A stretch of 64,000 nt of DNA from Hemiscyllium ocellatum (Eukaryota). The first letter of the stretch is position 1. Every line of letters starts with the position of its first letter. The stretch covers positions 28,520,001 through 28,584,000 of the forward strand of contig NC_083437.1 in assembly GCF_020745735.1 (NCBI RefSeq), written 5' to 3'. Position numbers and translations under genes: made by a program. Shown here piece after piece: positions 25,676 through 39,220 of the stretch. The notes under the pieces were generated by a model. That model saw nothing but the letters and a program-made list of their open reading frames with translations, had not been told where the DNA came from and did not search any database.

Positions 25676-27039
25676 ATTTATGAACTGAGCTGTACTCCCT
25701 TGAGTTTCAAAGATTGGGTGATTTAATGAGGTGTTTAAGATAATTAATACTTTGATAGTTTCTCACCATCATGTGGTGGGGTAGTCCAGAATAAGGAACA
25801 TTTTTTTTAAAATGGGAAAAAGCTGTTCGGCGTTGATATCAGGAAACACTATTTCACACAAAGGGCAGTAGAAATGTCGAACTCTTTTCCCTGAAAAGCT
25901 TGTGAAATTGGGGTCAGTGGAAAATTTCAAACATGAGTCAATAGATTCAGAAATAAAACAAAGAACTGTGGATGCTAGAGATCTGAAACAAAGTCAGCAG
26001 GTCTGGCACCATCTTTAGTGAGAAAACAGATTTAACGTTTCGAGTCCAATGACCCTTCCTCAGAATTTCTGATTTTGTTTGTGTCAAAAGATTCTGGTTC
26101 AAGTCTATTCAGAGAAATGGAGTAAAGAGTAAATTAACTGAGATATTTGAGTAGTGGAACATGTTTTGAGGGACTGAATGTTCTCCACCCGTTCCTGTGT
26201 GTTCTCATTTTCCTTTGTGAAATTATTTTGGTTAGTCTCAATCTAGTTCCAAATAAGCAAAATTCCACACCAGAGAAGTGCTAGGAAAATAACAGATTGG
26301 CCAAATGGTCAAACAAGGGAGTAAAAATGAACTGAGATATATTTGATGGCCTTGGACATGAGTGAATACGCAACTTGAAAGTGAAGTGTTTAGATCTACG
26401 TTAACTCGAGAGAGAAGCACCAAGCTTCACCTTGTCCACATGTTCTTATCTGTCTGTTATTTCAACATCAAAAATTCTTGCACTCCTCTCAACTTATTTA
26501 TGAAATTTGGCCTGACTTATCCTTAATACAACTTCAGGTAATCCTCCAGTCCTTCTTGCAAATAGTTATTCGTCACATATGAACCCACAGACTGTGGCAC
26601 GATTCCATCCAGGACAAAGTGATCCATTTCATTGGCACCCCATCCACCACCTTCCACATTCAATCCCTCCATCACTGACTCATGGTGGCAACAGTCTGTA
26701 CCATCTACAAGATGCACTGCAGTAACTCACCCAGGCTGCTTTGACAGCACCTTCCAAATCTATAACTTTTATCATCTATATGGTAAAAACCAGCAGATGC
26801 ATGGGAACAATATCATCTGTGCAAGTTCCTGTCCACTGTGTACATCTTCCTGATTGGAAACTCCTATCTCAGTCATTCACTGTCACAAGGTCAAAATCCT
26901 GGAACTCTTTCTTGAGACACTATGCATGCACATAGGCTTCAGCAGTTCATCAACAACTTCTCAAGGGTAATTAGAGAAGGGGAATGAATGGTGAGCCAGC
27001 CAATAGTGCTAACATCCTATAAATAAGTATTTTTAAAAA

Positions 27040-27500
27040 AAGTTTCAAGTCCCTCTCCAGAAACCTGAGCCACAAGATCCAGGCTAACACCTGCATTTCA
27101 GTACTGAGGGAGCGCTGCACAATGAGAGGTGCCCTCATTCAAATGAGACATTAAACCAGAGTTTACCTCTCATTTTTCTTTTTACTCATTCATGAGATGT
27201 GGGTGTCGCAGGCTGGGTTGCATATCCCTAATTGCATTTTTTCAGGTGGACGTAAATGTTTCTAAGGCCTGTATTTTGAAGCAGATCAGGAGAGTTCTTT
27301 CTACTGTTCTGATGAATATTCACCCACCAACATCACTAAAATAGATTATTTGGTCATCATCCATTCATGAGATGTGACTGTGCACAAATTAGCTGCTTTC
27401 CACTTGTCAGTGAAATTATCTGAAAGCACTTCACTGCATTTAAAGCACTTTGGGACATCCAGGGCTTGTGAAGGTTGCTATGTAAATGCAAGTTATTGTT
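27040..27500 (+). mobile_element. DeuSINE-like SINE abutting the PHF13 exon-4 acceptor
   Basis: Shares cagtactgagggag...gagacattaaacc...gctatgtaaatgcaag with diverged copies at about 32150-32545, 39310-39720 and (minus) 12720-13030, 58400-58780. Confidence 0.55.
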
Positions 27501-27546
27501 GATCTGGTTTGTGATTAATCTTTGGACCTTTCTCTTGAAACAACAG

Positions 27547-27773
27547 ATGATGATTCCTGGGACTTGGTGACATGTTACTGCATGAAGCCGTTTGCTGGTA
27601 GGCCAATGATTGAATGCAACGAGTGTGGCACCTGGATCCACCTGTCCTGTGCCAAAATCCGCAAGTCCAATGTCCCGGAAGTGTATGTCTGCCAAAGGTG
27701 TCGAGATTCCAAATACGATATTCGCCGATCAAACCGATCTCGAATCAGCTGCAGGAAGCACTTCCTCGACTGA
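27547..27773 (+). CDS. PHF13: PHF13 coding exon 4, PHD finger and stop
   Basis: caacag| acceptor, phase 1. [52 protein letters not shown] is a C4HC3 PHD finger, and the RRSNRSR...KHFLD ending resembles PHF13. The spliced CDS is 1956 nt (651 aa). Confidence 0.97.
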
Positions 27774-30700
27774 GGTGTCTGAGTCTTTCTATTTTTATTG
27801 GTTTTGTTTTGTTTCAGGGAGAGAGAGAGGAGAATATTGAACTGGCATCAAGGGAGGGTGGAAATATAAAAAAAAAATGCATTTTAAAACAAAATAATTT
27901 GATGCACTTATTTGGAGAGTTGCATCTGTTTCCACAGGAATTGCCTGCTTTTTGACTCTGTCTCTCCCTTCACCCTTACTGCTTCCAGGAATAACCCAAG
28001 AAATGAATACAAATTAAGCCAATCTTTCTGATATCACACCCTGAATAAATAAGTGCAAGGGAGACTGGAGGCATGGGGTTGATTTGCACGAGGAGGGGAA
28101 TGAACTTGCTGACTGCTATAAACTATATTTTCCTTCCCCTTTCTCCATTCCCTTCACTCTTAACCTCTCACCCCTTGCATTTAAAAAGCCTTAATCCACC
28201 AAGGTCTCCACGATGAAAGTGATAGCCATCGCCCCCATTTTTGGTGCAATCCCTAAAATGTTTGCCACTAAAGGAGCTGCAACAGATAAACAGGGCCTGT
28301 GCAATAGTTAAAGTCTTCAAGCATTAATGTTTTCAAAAGAAATGGGAAGGGAATAATAGATAATCAATACCTAATGGCCTGCCATTTATTAAAGTGTAAT
28401 AAAATCAGATAGTGTTGGAAATACACAATGATTCTGTAAAATTTGAGAGTTGTTAAAGTAGGTTCTGACCAAGGGGATGTACCTTAAATCTGTCTTCTCT
28501 CTTTACAGGTTACAACTGACTTGCTGTGCTATATCTAATATTTTCTGATTTTGTTTTCACTTTCCGGCACTTTCACTTTTAACATAACAATATTTACTTT
28601 GGTTGAAATGCCTTTTTGCTCCCTCCACACTTTCTTTAAACTTTACAGCAGTCAAAACCCAAACAAGTCTGGCTGTTCCGACAGCATGCTGGTTGACAAA
28701 GAGTTAAAATCCAGCAGGAGGTGTATGATAATATTCTGGGTTAATCCATCAGGTTTGACTGGTGCTGTTAAAAGGTTTAGAATAGACAACCAATTTTGGA
28801 TTATTTTTGGAGAATATGTGTCTTAAGGGGGCCTTTACAATTTTTATGCCTGCAATTCAGTATTTAGAACAAAGCTTGTTACTTCCGTGAGGAGGAAAGG
28901 TATCCTTAAGTGTCAGGATTGTGGCTTTTAAATGAACAGTTGATTAACTCTCATCCTCTTCTATATATTGAAAGAATTGTTTTATGGGTTGCAAGGAGAG
29001 GAGATGACAAACTCAACATTTTGTCAACTCTTAAAAGCTCTGGATAGAAATGTCTGTTAAAAAGACAGCAGCATAGCCTCTCTCTTGTTGGGGGGAGGAG
29101 GGCAAGAATGTCAGTGACTTTTAAGTCTTTTTCGTCCTTACTTGGCACCATATGCAGTAAGTTCATTATAGTAATCTGTGAACCTGAATTGAAGAGTTGG
29201 GTGAAAAGGGCGAGAGAGAGATCACATTGTCCTCTCTTGTCCATCTCTGTACCTCACAGTACATGAAGACACTGTAGAACATGACCATGGTTCCCAAGAT
29301 GTTGCCTCAGTCATTCAACAGGTACTCGTGTGGTGTTTAAATGTTCAGTGGTGATGCGGCTTCATTTGGAAAAGCTTTGTGGGTCATCTGAATGACTGAC
29401 TCGATTGGTAATTTGGCATTTAAATGAATGCAGACACTACTGTTTTGAGCGTTGTAAATTTAGAGTCTTCATCATTTGACCCTTTCCATTAAAGGAAGGG
29501 GTAGGGGAGATGAGGAGGTTTCCATCTGGTTCAACCTTCCATCGTTGTATACTGTAAAATATTGTTCGTGTATTTTTACTCCCAAATGTCTTATCCTACA
29601 AAAAAACCGCCAAGTTGTGTCTCCTCGACTTGCTATTTCCAGTGAGAGGAAAGAACACAGAATTGACTTCATTGATATTATTACAGCCAATCAAAGTGCA
29701 CAAGTGTTTCTGCCTCTCATTGTAGGTTGGGGAGGAGGTGATTGTACACAATCAGCAACTTTCCATTCCTGTCCTTTAACTCTATCCCAATGGTCAAGTT
29801 ACCTCAAACCAAACATATGTTATCTTTCTCCCCTTTCTTGTAATAATCGGTTGTAGGAGGGTGTAGGCCATAGACATAGTGAGCACTTAGATGCCTGACA
29901 ATCAACCAGCATCCTATCACCACCATTGTACATGAGGAGTTAATTCACATCCTCAAATCACCCAGACTCCAATATTAGAAATGCCACCTTGCTCTTGAGG
30001 AATAATGTTTCCTAACTACTTCCCTTCTACCAAAGGTGTCTCCCTTTTGCTGTTAGAGATAATGCTTTAAATTTTCCTCTCTCTATATAGAGGGAGGAGT
30101 CAAGAGAGAAAGACAGAGATAGTGGGTTGAGAAGGTAGTTCTTATAGAGCAGCCACTCCTTCAGATTTGGTAGTAGGGTTCTGATCAGAATGCAGCCAAG
30201 ATTCTCACTCATAATTGCTATACTGTGTTCCCGCTGGGAATATGTGAACATGAGCAAGGGCAGAATCTAGCTCAGTTTGCTAATCACCGTGAATTAGTTG
30301 GATAACACATACTTTTCACACATATACACACATGCGTGAAAAACAACTGTGCAGCCAGCAAGTGGAGAGTCTGGATCTTTACAATCCTCCAATTCGAGGA
30401 GGGGAAAATCCTGAGCCATATCAGTCCGTGTAAATCCCACAAAGGCCCTAGATATCTACATATTAAAAATAATTAATTCATGCTCAACACTCTCCCCTCC
30501 ATTTTCTTTGGAGGAATGTCTGTCTCCTTTACATTTACCTGTCAAGCCCCCTAAGAATCTTGTATGTTTCAATAAGGTCTTCTCTCATTCTTCTAAACTC
30601 CATTGAGTAAAGGCCCAACTGACTCAACCTTTCTGCATATCCCTCCATTCCCAGGATAAACCTAGTGAACCCTCTATGGACTGCTTCCAATGCAATATAT

Positions 30701-30963
30701 CTTTTCTTAGATAAGGGGAAATTGATGAAAATTAGGGTGTTTTTTTTAACAGAGCAGCATTGTTTTTATTTCAATCAGCAGTGTTGCTCTTGCTCCCGAT
30801 GACAATGCCGACATGAGATTTTCATGGATATGTAACAAGTCTCTGACTTTGAAAGTGTGTGCCAGGAGTATTGGACTGTCTCCTTGGAAGAATTGTTAAA
30901 ATGGAACAAAGAAAACCTTGTTTCTGTGAAACTTTGTACGTGTATATCGGAAGTTATTTTGTA

Positions 30964-30999
30964 AATAAAAATTTAACTATTGGTATTTTAAATAATAAA
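30964..30999 (+). terminator. Candidate PHF13 polyadenylation signals (two AATAAA)
   Basis: AATAAA at 30964 and 30994, followed by U/GU-rich sequence. Would imply a 3' UTR of about 3.2 kb. Confidence 0.5.
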
Positions 31000-31442
31000 T
31001 CTGTTGTAACTTATTTCTCCTTTATTTTCTGTATCACATGAAGGACATTTGAGGCACAGAAAAATGCAGTGGAGGTTGGATATAGAGGCAAGTCCACGTT
31101 ATATTTTGCAACAAGATTATATGCCTGGATGCAGAATAAAGATGCACTTAGTCAGTTCTAAATCTCAGAAGAGTCACCTCTATTGTTAATGATTGAATTA
31201 ATGATTGAATAATTTGAATAGTTTTTATTCAGATGAATGTTTGGATGTTGTTGGGACAACATTCAGACAGAATCTTTGCTCCTTTTACTACACAGTAAGC
31301 TATGTTGTTGGCCCCAGTGTTCAAATAATTCACATTCTTAACCTGGTTCACAGAATGCTGCACACATTAGAGATTTTTAAAAAAGACATCCATCAGAAAG
31401 GAAAAGGCCAAAGAGCAAATGCAAGGGAAATTTGTCCTATTT

Positions 31443-31690
31443 TATGAACTCAATACAACTGAATAGGACAAATCACAATCCTCCCCCACCCCAGAATTTT
31501 GGGCATATTTGACAGGATTTTCTTGTGATAGTGGGATATAAACAGCAGGATTGCTGCTTGTCCTTCTCTGCCTCATTGTAACGCAATGCATAAAGCAGCT
31601 TAATGGACAAGTTGTTGGCACTTTGAACAACTGGCAGTTTGCTCTTCCCAGTCACTAATCTCAATGTCGCTGTGCTTCGGGGTGTCTTGC
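31443..31690 (-). mobile_element. RTE-clade LINE 3' remnant, copy 1
   Basis: Direct repeat of 33503-33740. Confidence 0.6.
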
Positions 31691-33069
31691 ATCACCATGT
31701 TAATGTCTGGGCTCGTGGGATTGTTTTATGAGGAGAGAATAAGGAAACTGGGTCTTCGTATACTCTAGAGTGTTGAAGAATGAGAACAATCTCATTGACA
31801 CTTAAAGGACTGACAGGTGGATATGAATGGGATTTTTCCCCTTGCTGGCGAGGTCATTTAATACTGAGATAAAGAGGAAATCTCTTCATTCAGAGGGTGG
31901 TGAACCTTAGGAATTCTCGAGGGCTGTTTAGATTCAATCATTGAGCAGGATCAGATTGTAGGTTTCTGAAACCTAATCACATTAAAGGTTTTAGAGAGAG
32001 TGCAGGCAATGGCATCAACAAGATGATCAAACATGATCTAGAATGGCAGGGGAGGCTCGATAGGCTGCATGGCCTACATTGTTCCTAACATCATGAAGTT
32101 AGTGATAGGACTGATAAAGAGATTGAAAGAAAAAAATGGTTTGCTTGTTTGTTGGCTCAGTTGATAGAACTCTTACCTGAGAAAGAAGGTTGTGGATTCA
32201 AGGGCCTTTCCAGCAGATAATTGGAGTTGATACTGCAATGCAGGTGACAAGTTCCATTGTCAGAAATACTGTCTTTTAGATGAGTATTTAAATGAGGTAC
32301 AATCTGTTCATTCAACACGAATATTGAAGAACAAGGGTGTTCTTCCTGATATCATAACTACTATCCATTCCCTAATGGACAATATCAAATGATTAATTTA
32401 TCTTATTACAGTATGTGAAGCTTGGTTGTATAGTGATTAGTCACAAATGCAATACCTGCTTCTGCACTTGGAAAAAGTAACTTATTGGCATTTTGCAATG
32501 TCTTAAAGGGATAAAAGGTACTATTTAAGTGTAAATACTTTCAGACATAGAAAAGGATAACTGCTCCAGAGGGTAAGGCCTGGTATCTGAATAGCTGGAT
32601 AAACCAATCTCGGATGTGATTCCCCACATTTGATAACACGCATTACCTGATAGCAACAGACTCAAACCCCAAACACTGTCAGCACGTCAAGAGTAGAGAT
32701 GTTGAGCCACTCTTTAAAATGTCAGCTCATGAGAAAAGACCTAGGAAACGTGCAGAACTGGTTCTGTAATGGTGTCAAGTAAGGATGCAGTGTTGAAGGA
32801 GAAAGGAAGGATCATCATATCCATGGAGATATTTAATTGTGAAGTTAAATATGTTAATGTAAGATGTTGTATGGGAAGCCAGTGATAACCTGGAGTAATG
32901 GAAGTCCTAGGGAACAGATGGGCAGTATCAATGAGTTGCATATAGTGTAAGGTAGATGTGGAACTAAAGGGAGCAAAAGAGAATCCTAGAAAAGTCAAAA
33001 CCACTGGGAATATTTGGTAAGACAAACAGCACTGATGAAGAGAGTATGAAAAGCTGATGTTTCAGTTGG

Positions 33070-33170
33070 ATGTTGAAAAATGTGGTGCTGGAAAAAAACA
33101 CAGCAGTCCAGGCATCATCCGAGGATCAGGAGAATCGACGTTTCGGGCATAAGCCCTTCTTCAGGAATGA
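33070..33170 (-). mobile_element. Short Penelope-derived element, intact hammerhead-like core
   Basis: Minus strand reads CTGAAGA-A-GGGC-TTAT-GCCC-GAAA-CGTCGA. Confidence 0.75.
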
Positions 33171-33502
33171 ATCGCCTATTGTCTGAACTGGACAAACATA
33201 GTAGCAGTTAAACTTTGAATTTATGGAATTCAATGTTAATTCCAAAAGTACACAATCAAAAGAGGTGTTGTTCCCTGAGCTTCTGTTGTGCTTCAACAGA
33301 GGAACGTAGGATGCTCAAACAGTTTTGAATGGAAGTAGGATAGAAAATTAAAATGGGAATCCTGATCACACTGTGGGATGAATAAACTTAAGCATTCAAT
33401 AAATTATAACCAGAGTTATGTTTGGTCTCATTAGTGGAATATTATACACCACATGATGTGAAGAAAATAATGTCATTATCACCCATCTCTCTTTGAGGAT
33501 GA

Positions 33503-33790
33503 TATGAACTCAATACAACTGAATAGGACTATCCCCCCACCCCAGAATTTTGGGCATATTTGACAGGATTTCTTTTGTGGTAGTGGGATATAAACAGCAG
33601 GATTGCTGCTTGTCCTTCTCTGCCTCATTGTGACACAATGCATAAAGCAGCTTAATGGATAAGTTGTTGCCACTTTGAACAACTGGCAATTTACTCTTCC
33701 CAGTCATCATCTCAATGTTGTTGTGCTTCGGGGTGTCTTTGAAGTATTTTCTTTGACCTCCTGGGATGTTGGCCATTTGTTAATTGAAAA
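33503..33790 (-). mobile_element. RTE-clade LINE 3' remnant, copy 2
   Basis: Minus-strand GGQRKYFKDT resembles the RTE/BovB C-terminal GGQxKRFKD motif. Confidence 0.6.
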
Positions 33791-34199
33791 AAGACACCAG
33801 CAAGGGAAGACCAAATGGTCACAATCTGTCCAAGTTGATTTCACAGTGTTGTCTCGATTTTGGCTTGTAAAGATTAGTTCAAGAACAGCTAACAGCAATA
33901 ACGTACGCTCATTTTTGGGGGGTACATAGCCCATGGAGGTGAGATGAAAAGTTATGAAGGAGTCATTGGACTTGAAATGTGCTCTTAACTCCACAGATGC
34001 TGTGAGACCTGATGAATCTCTCCAGCACTTTCTATTTTCATTTCAGCTTTAAAGTATCCAGAGAATTTTATTTATATTTGAGATAGTTGAAGTTGCAAAA
34101 GCTTCCACTTCAGGTGGGGAAATAAACTTTACTTATGAACCACTTCCCCAACAGCACTCAACTACAGCTACACATGGCACTAGCTCCACTGTCAGTGAC

Positions 34200-34583
34200 A
34201 CCATCACGCAGGCCAGAAGCCCCGCCCACTGTGCGCCCAGTGATGTCAGCGGCCAGGTTCCTCCCCTCCCCCTCCGGGGGAAAAAAAATCCCAGCAGCGA
34301 TTGCGGCGTGAGGGCTCGCGCCTCTCGGAAATTTTTTTTAAAATCTAAATTTATATTATAATTAAACCTTACCCCGTAAGTTAAGCCCGCGGGACTGGGA
34401 GGAGGATCCGTCCGGGAGCGGTTTAGGTTTTTGAATTCGCCGGCCTGACATATATTTTCGGCTGGATGGATGTGTTGGCTGTGCCGCCAAGCAACGGCGC
34501 CATTTTGTTGTGAGGGGTCGCAGCGCGCCGGCTGTTGCCGCTAGGCCGCCATTATTGTGGGGGGCACAAGCTAGGACTGGGTC
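34200..34583. promoter_or_regulatory. THAP3 CpG-island promoter
   Basis: Dense CpG, GC-box GCCCGCCC, TGATGTCA, and YY1-type CGCCATTTTG at 34498, directly upstream of the ATG. Confidence 0.75.
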
Positions 34584-34657
34584 ATGCCCAAGTCCTGTGC
34601 TGCCTATAACTGTACTAATAGGTACAGCAGCAAGAACAAGGAGCTCACATTCCACAG
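34584..34657 (+). CDS. THAP3: THAP3 coding exon 1 (MPKSCAAYNCTNRYSSKNKELTFH-R)
   Basis: THAP domain start MPKSCAA..C..R...LTFHR, with an AG|gtaaat donor (phase 2). Confidence 0.93.
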
Positions 34658-34907
34658 GTAAATCCGCTGGGACTCCAGAACATCAGTTCATAGTGGGAGT
34701 GAATAATCATGGGGTACGATGCATTTTGTTAGAAATAATTAATTGTCTGCAGATAACTAATCAGTCTCTGTACGAATATTGTCATTAACGACCAACAGCA
34801 CATCAGGGACAAGTAACTCAATTGTCACTGCAAAAGAGTCGGGGATCCAAAACTTCAGAACGATCAGCACTAAGTGGAGTCATATAAATATTTAAGCAAT
34901 TTATAGG

Positions 34908-34962
34908 TATAGATGCAGTTACAGGCATATGGAACAAGAAACTCACCTATCACAGGTAAATC
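34908..34962 (+). pseudogene. Decayed tandem duplicate of the 3' part of THAP3 exon 1 and its donor
   Basis: gaacaagaaactcacctatcacag|gtaaatc compared with gaacaaggagctcacattccacag|gtaaatc in exon 1. Confidence 0.7.
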
Positions 34963-35029
34963 AGACAGGCACCCAAAATACTGTACAATTCATCAATGTA
35001 TGTATGATGCCTGCCAAATTTAGAGATAA

Positions 35030-35900
35030 CAAGCAGGAGAGATAAAGGGGAACCAGTAAATGTAATATGTTCGGATATCTGAAAGGTGGCCTATAACACA
35101 CCACACCTAAGGCTATTTATTAAGATGAGCCCATCATGTTGAGAGTGGTATGTTAGTATGCATAGAGGATTGGCGCTCTGACAACAAACAGAAAGTTGGG
35201 TAAAATGAGCATTTTTAGGATGGCAACCAGTAGAGTCTCACAGGGATTAGTGCTGGGGCACAAGTTATTTACAATATGTAGTAATGACTTGGATTAGGAA
35301 AGTGAATTACTCATGCCAGGTTTGTGGATGATTTAAAAATTGGTGGAAAGTCAAGTAGTAAGGATGACAGAGGAGGGATGTAAACCAGTGAAGTGAGTGG
35401 TGAAATCTTGTCAATTGGAATGTAATGTGGGAAAATATAAGGTAAGAAGAATAGAAGAGCTGAATATTATTTAATCATATTGTTATATTATTTTGAAGAC
35501 GGTATTGCAGCTTTCTGTAGTCTGAGGGGTTTGGGGATCCTCGAGCATGAATCGCAAAAATTGACATCCATGATGAGAGAGTAACAGGAAAGGAAAATGA
35601 AGAGGGGTGGCCCCAGATGTTAATTCTGCTTTCTCTCCACAGATGCTGCCAGGGTCTTCAGCAATTTCTGTATTTGTTTCCGATTTCCAGCATCGCAGTT
35701 CTTTGTTGTATGCTAAGGCAACTGAACTGTTAGCCTTTATACAAAAGAAATGGGGCATAAAAAGTGAGGTCTTGCTAAAACTGTAAGATAGTAGTCAGAC
35801 CATACCTGGAATACTTGAATAGTTCTGGTTCCCTTATCTAAGGAAAGATACACTGACACTAGAGGCAGTCCAGAGAACTTTCACAGGTACATTCCAGGTA
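35030..35900 (+). mobile_element. Old CR1 LINE fragments
   Basis: Similar to 13420-14100 (RT remnants). Confidence 0.6.
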
Positions 35901-38073
35901 TGAAGAAGTAATAACTCTGGAAGCCCAACTGAAAATGGAACAGCATATATTGCTGAACACCAAAATAGAGCCACTATTCGTGGCATACATAAACTAGTCC
36001 CAGCCAGGAATAGAGTTCAGCAAATCATTCCCTAGGTCTTTTTTTCGTCCCTGGATCAGTTTTACATAGCCTGTTCAATGATGTTATTGCATAATTTGGA
36101 GCAAGTGGAACTTGAACCCAGACTTCCTAGTTCAGAGGTAGGGACATTACCATTGCACAACAAGAGCCCTCCTGGGCCTGTTTTTTTTTCCCTGAATTAT
36201 ATGCGAACAGCTTTCCCACCATCAAATCACTATGTCTTTCTCTGTTTTAACCATTAACTGTCACCAGTAAATCACCTATGTAGCCAATTAGAAATTTACC
36301 TGTAAAGCCCATAATGGGCAATATATTGGGTCTATTTTATATATTTTCTTAATCAACCTGCTTAGGGGTGTTATCACACACTTGTAGAGAAGGTAGGACT
36401 GCTGGTTCAGGGGTACGGACACTGACGTTACACTTTTAGAGCTCCCTTGTGGGTGGTCTTTGTTTTCCTAATTACCCTGTTAGGAGATATTGCTTCACTT
36501 GAATCCAGGTCTCCTGGCTGAGACATAGGGAGACTACCACTGAACCACAAGAGAACCAGAGTCTTAGAGGGTTCAGGTGATGAGTTCTGGCTGGGCTACC
36601 CGTTGCCTTTTACTATGGGAATTCATACTTTATGAGCTCCACTGGAAGATTAGTTAGTGATTCCCTATGGGCTACACCCTCTGAGTCAGAGGATTACCCT
36701 TGCACCTGTGACAATGAGGCCTCTTATGCCACTTTGCCCTCAGCCCCATTCCTATTGCTGTCCGTGACTGATCGGGGGGGTGTATAATTAGGAGACGAAT
36801 GTTTCTTCTGTGCACATGAAAGAGCCACTACAGGGTTCCTCAGTGGTGTGACTGTTGAAACAATTACCTCTGTGGAATGTTCCTGCTGAAGGTGGTGGCC
36901 ATGTTTTTTTTTATATGATGTCTTGGTTTTGATCATGTATGCTACCTATGTTTTTATTTCTAATAAGATAACTCCTGGGATCCTTGGAGAGACATCCCCA
37001 AGGTTCCTCAGCTCACCATATCTCCCCCAATACTTTTTGAGACCTCGGAAAACCTTTGATTTTGTTGTGCTCCTTGGAATTGGAACCGATGAACTTTAGG
37101 ACTTCCCAGTGCTTGTCACCAATCTAGCCTTAGTGTCTTGTAGACGTAAAGGCAAGATGCCCCATTGGAATTTCCCAAAGGTTTTCTCTCTGCTGCGACA
37201 CCTGTGTCTACCTCCATGTCTAGGTGGTGGAAGTCTACCCAGAGTTTTATTTTCTTGAACCTCTTTTCCACTGTATTTACCTGGAGGTTTATATTAATTG
37301 GGGCCACTTTGGGAGCACTTATGCAATTTAGCTGTTATCAGTTCTTCAAGCTCATGCTGACTCATGTGCATGCATCAAAAGGGGATTGGAAGCAGGTTCT
37401 GTTGTAAGGTTGAAAATAAAGTTCAGTATACTTTTAGATAAGGGCAAACTTACTAGGATCGGGAGTAGGGTGGAACTAATTGATAACAGGTGGAACAAAT
37501 GGCCTTTTTTTTTCTGCTGCATGATTCATTATATCAATGGACGCAATTAACTTTAGAACCAGCACAGATTGAGTAACTCATTTGTCAGAGGTAGTTGATA
37601 GTTTTGATCCTAACAACGTGCAGGCATTTCTGTACAAATAATTAATTAATTGTTTACTATCGTGTCAGAGGCAATAGCCCACTTTTTGCAGGTCGGCTTG
37701 AATTGTAGAACGTTTAAGTTGAGGGTGAGCAGCTGAGAGTTGGTAGCAAGTCATCTGAATAATTTCCTCAAAATTATAAACTTAATAGCTTATATTGTGG
37801 CTGTATAGTAGTCTGTTAATTTGGACAACTGCAACTCGTGACTTTGAAGTAGCAATATGTCAGCGTCTTTTATACAAGTGTGAAATGCAGGCGGGTAGTG
37901 GATAAATGTGGGTTGATAGTAGTGGGGACAGAAGGAGAATCTTATGCATAATTAAGGGTACAAATGGTGACAGGGTGAAAATGATAACCCAGAATCCAGT
38001 TTGTGGCTGGAAGAAGGTGAATCTTGCTGGTTAATATTGTATTGTTTCTTTCTTTGTCTTCACTGTCACTTAG

Positions 38074-38266
38074 GTTTCCCTTCAGCAAGCCAGACTTATT
38101 AGTGCAGTGGATGAACAATGTTGGAAGAGCAGAGTTCAAGCCTAACCAACATACTGTCATTTGCTCTGAGCATTTCAAACCAGAGTGTTTCAACACATGG
38201 GGCAACCGAAAAAATCTGAAGCACAATGCTGTACCCACAGTCTTTAGCTACTCAGAGATTATGAAG
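38074..38266 (+). CDS. THAP3: THAP3 coding exon 2, remainder of the THAP (C2CH) domain
   Basis: cttag|G acceptor. FPFSKPDLLVQW...HTVICSEHFKPECF...GNRKNLKHNAVPTVF includes the AVPTVF box. AAG|gtacag donor. Confidence 0.95.
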
Positions 38267-39139
38267 GTACAGTATGAGTGTTGTTCTGCCCTCTCATACA
38301 GCCCCAATTTCAGTTCTTCACTGTTGGTGTCCTGCTGCCGAGACCTATTCTCAAAATCTGTCTAGCTCTCTCCTCCCTTTTTAGATGCTCCTTGAAGCCT
38401 ACTTCATAAAATGTCCAAATATCTCCTTACGTAACTCAGTCTGAAATTTTGATAATTTTCCCACAAAGCATCTTGGGATGCTTTAGACCATCAAAGCCAT
38501 TGTTATTTCAACAACAACTTGGTTGGGATTGAATGGTTCAGAGGAGTAAACACAGCCTTTTTGCCTCTGGGTCCAGATTTGCAAATTAAAACGATAGGGT
38601 GAAACCTTCCACTGGCCACAAGGGTCCTGAGGGAAATGATGTTCGGCTTGTTAACCCAGTACCCAGAGGCCCATTATGAGACTTTGAGATGGCTGGCTGT
38701 TGTGCCGAAGTGCTCCATTGAGCTTGGGATTTAGTGAGAGCTGCACTATAATTTCTGTGTAGCCACCGGTGCTGAATCTTGGATCTGGTAATTTAAGTGA
38801 GAGATTTTTCCACTCAAACACCGCTGCTTGTTGTGGAATGTTTCCATCTTTCTTGGTCATCACGCCTAATTGCTCTCGGTGACCCTGGTAGGTGTATTGC
38901 TTCAGGATAGACATTGACTTGATTGAATTGTGATGCTGATATAGTTGAACAGCCTACCTAAGCTCACTGTTTAAGTGAAGAATGTGCATTTTTGCAAAGT
39001 ACCAGAAGATGGCTGCCCCTGGAATCCATATCTGAGCCAATCAATTCTTTTTGAGATTTTGAAAGATGTCTTTTGTCTGATTTGCCTTTTCATTTTTTAA
39101 GGTCGTATTCCAATGTTTGATTTTGTTTTCTTATTTCAG

Positions 39140-39220
39140 CAAAGACATCGAGCAAGGAAAAAGTTGAAAACAGCCGCAGATGTGTCAAAGCCAGAAATAA
39201 TTGAGGACAGGGTTGAGACG
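39140..39220 (+). CDS. THAP3: THAP3 coding exon 3 (QRHRARKKLKTAADVSKPEIIEDRVET)
   Basis: ttttgttttcttatttcag acceptor, 81 nt open, phase 0/0, ACG|gtgcgt donor. Called from splice signals and frame only; has a basic NLS-like stretch. Confidence 0.7.

Noticed and set aside
34140-34182. ZNF143/THAP11 (ACTACA...TCCCA) motif in the THAP3 promoter
   Set aside because: Only ACTACA matches and the TCCCA half is absent.
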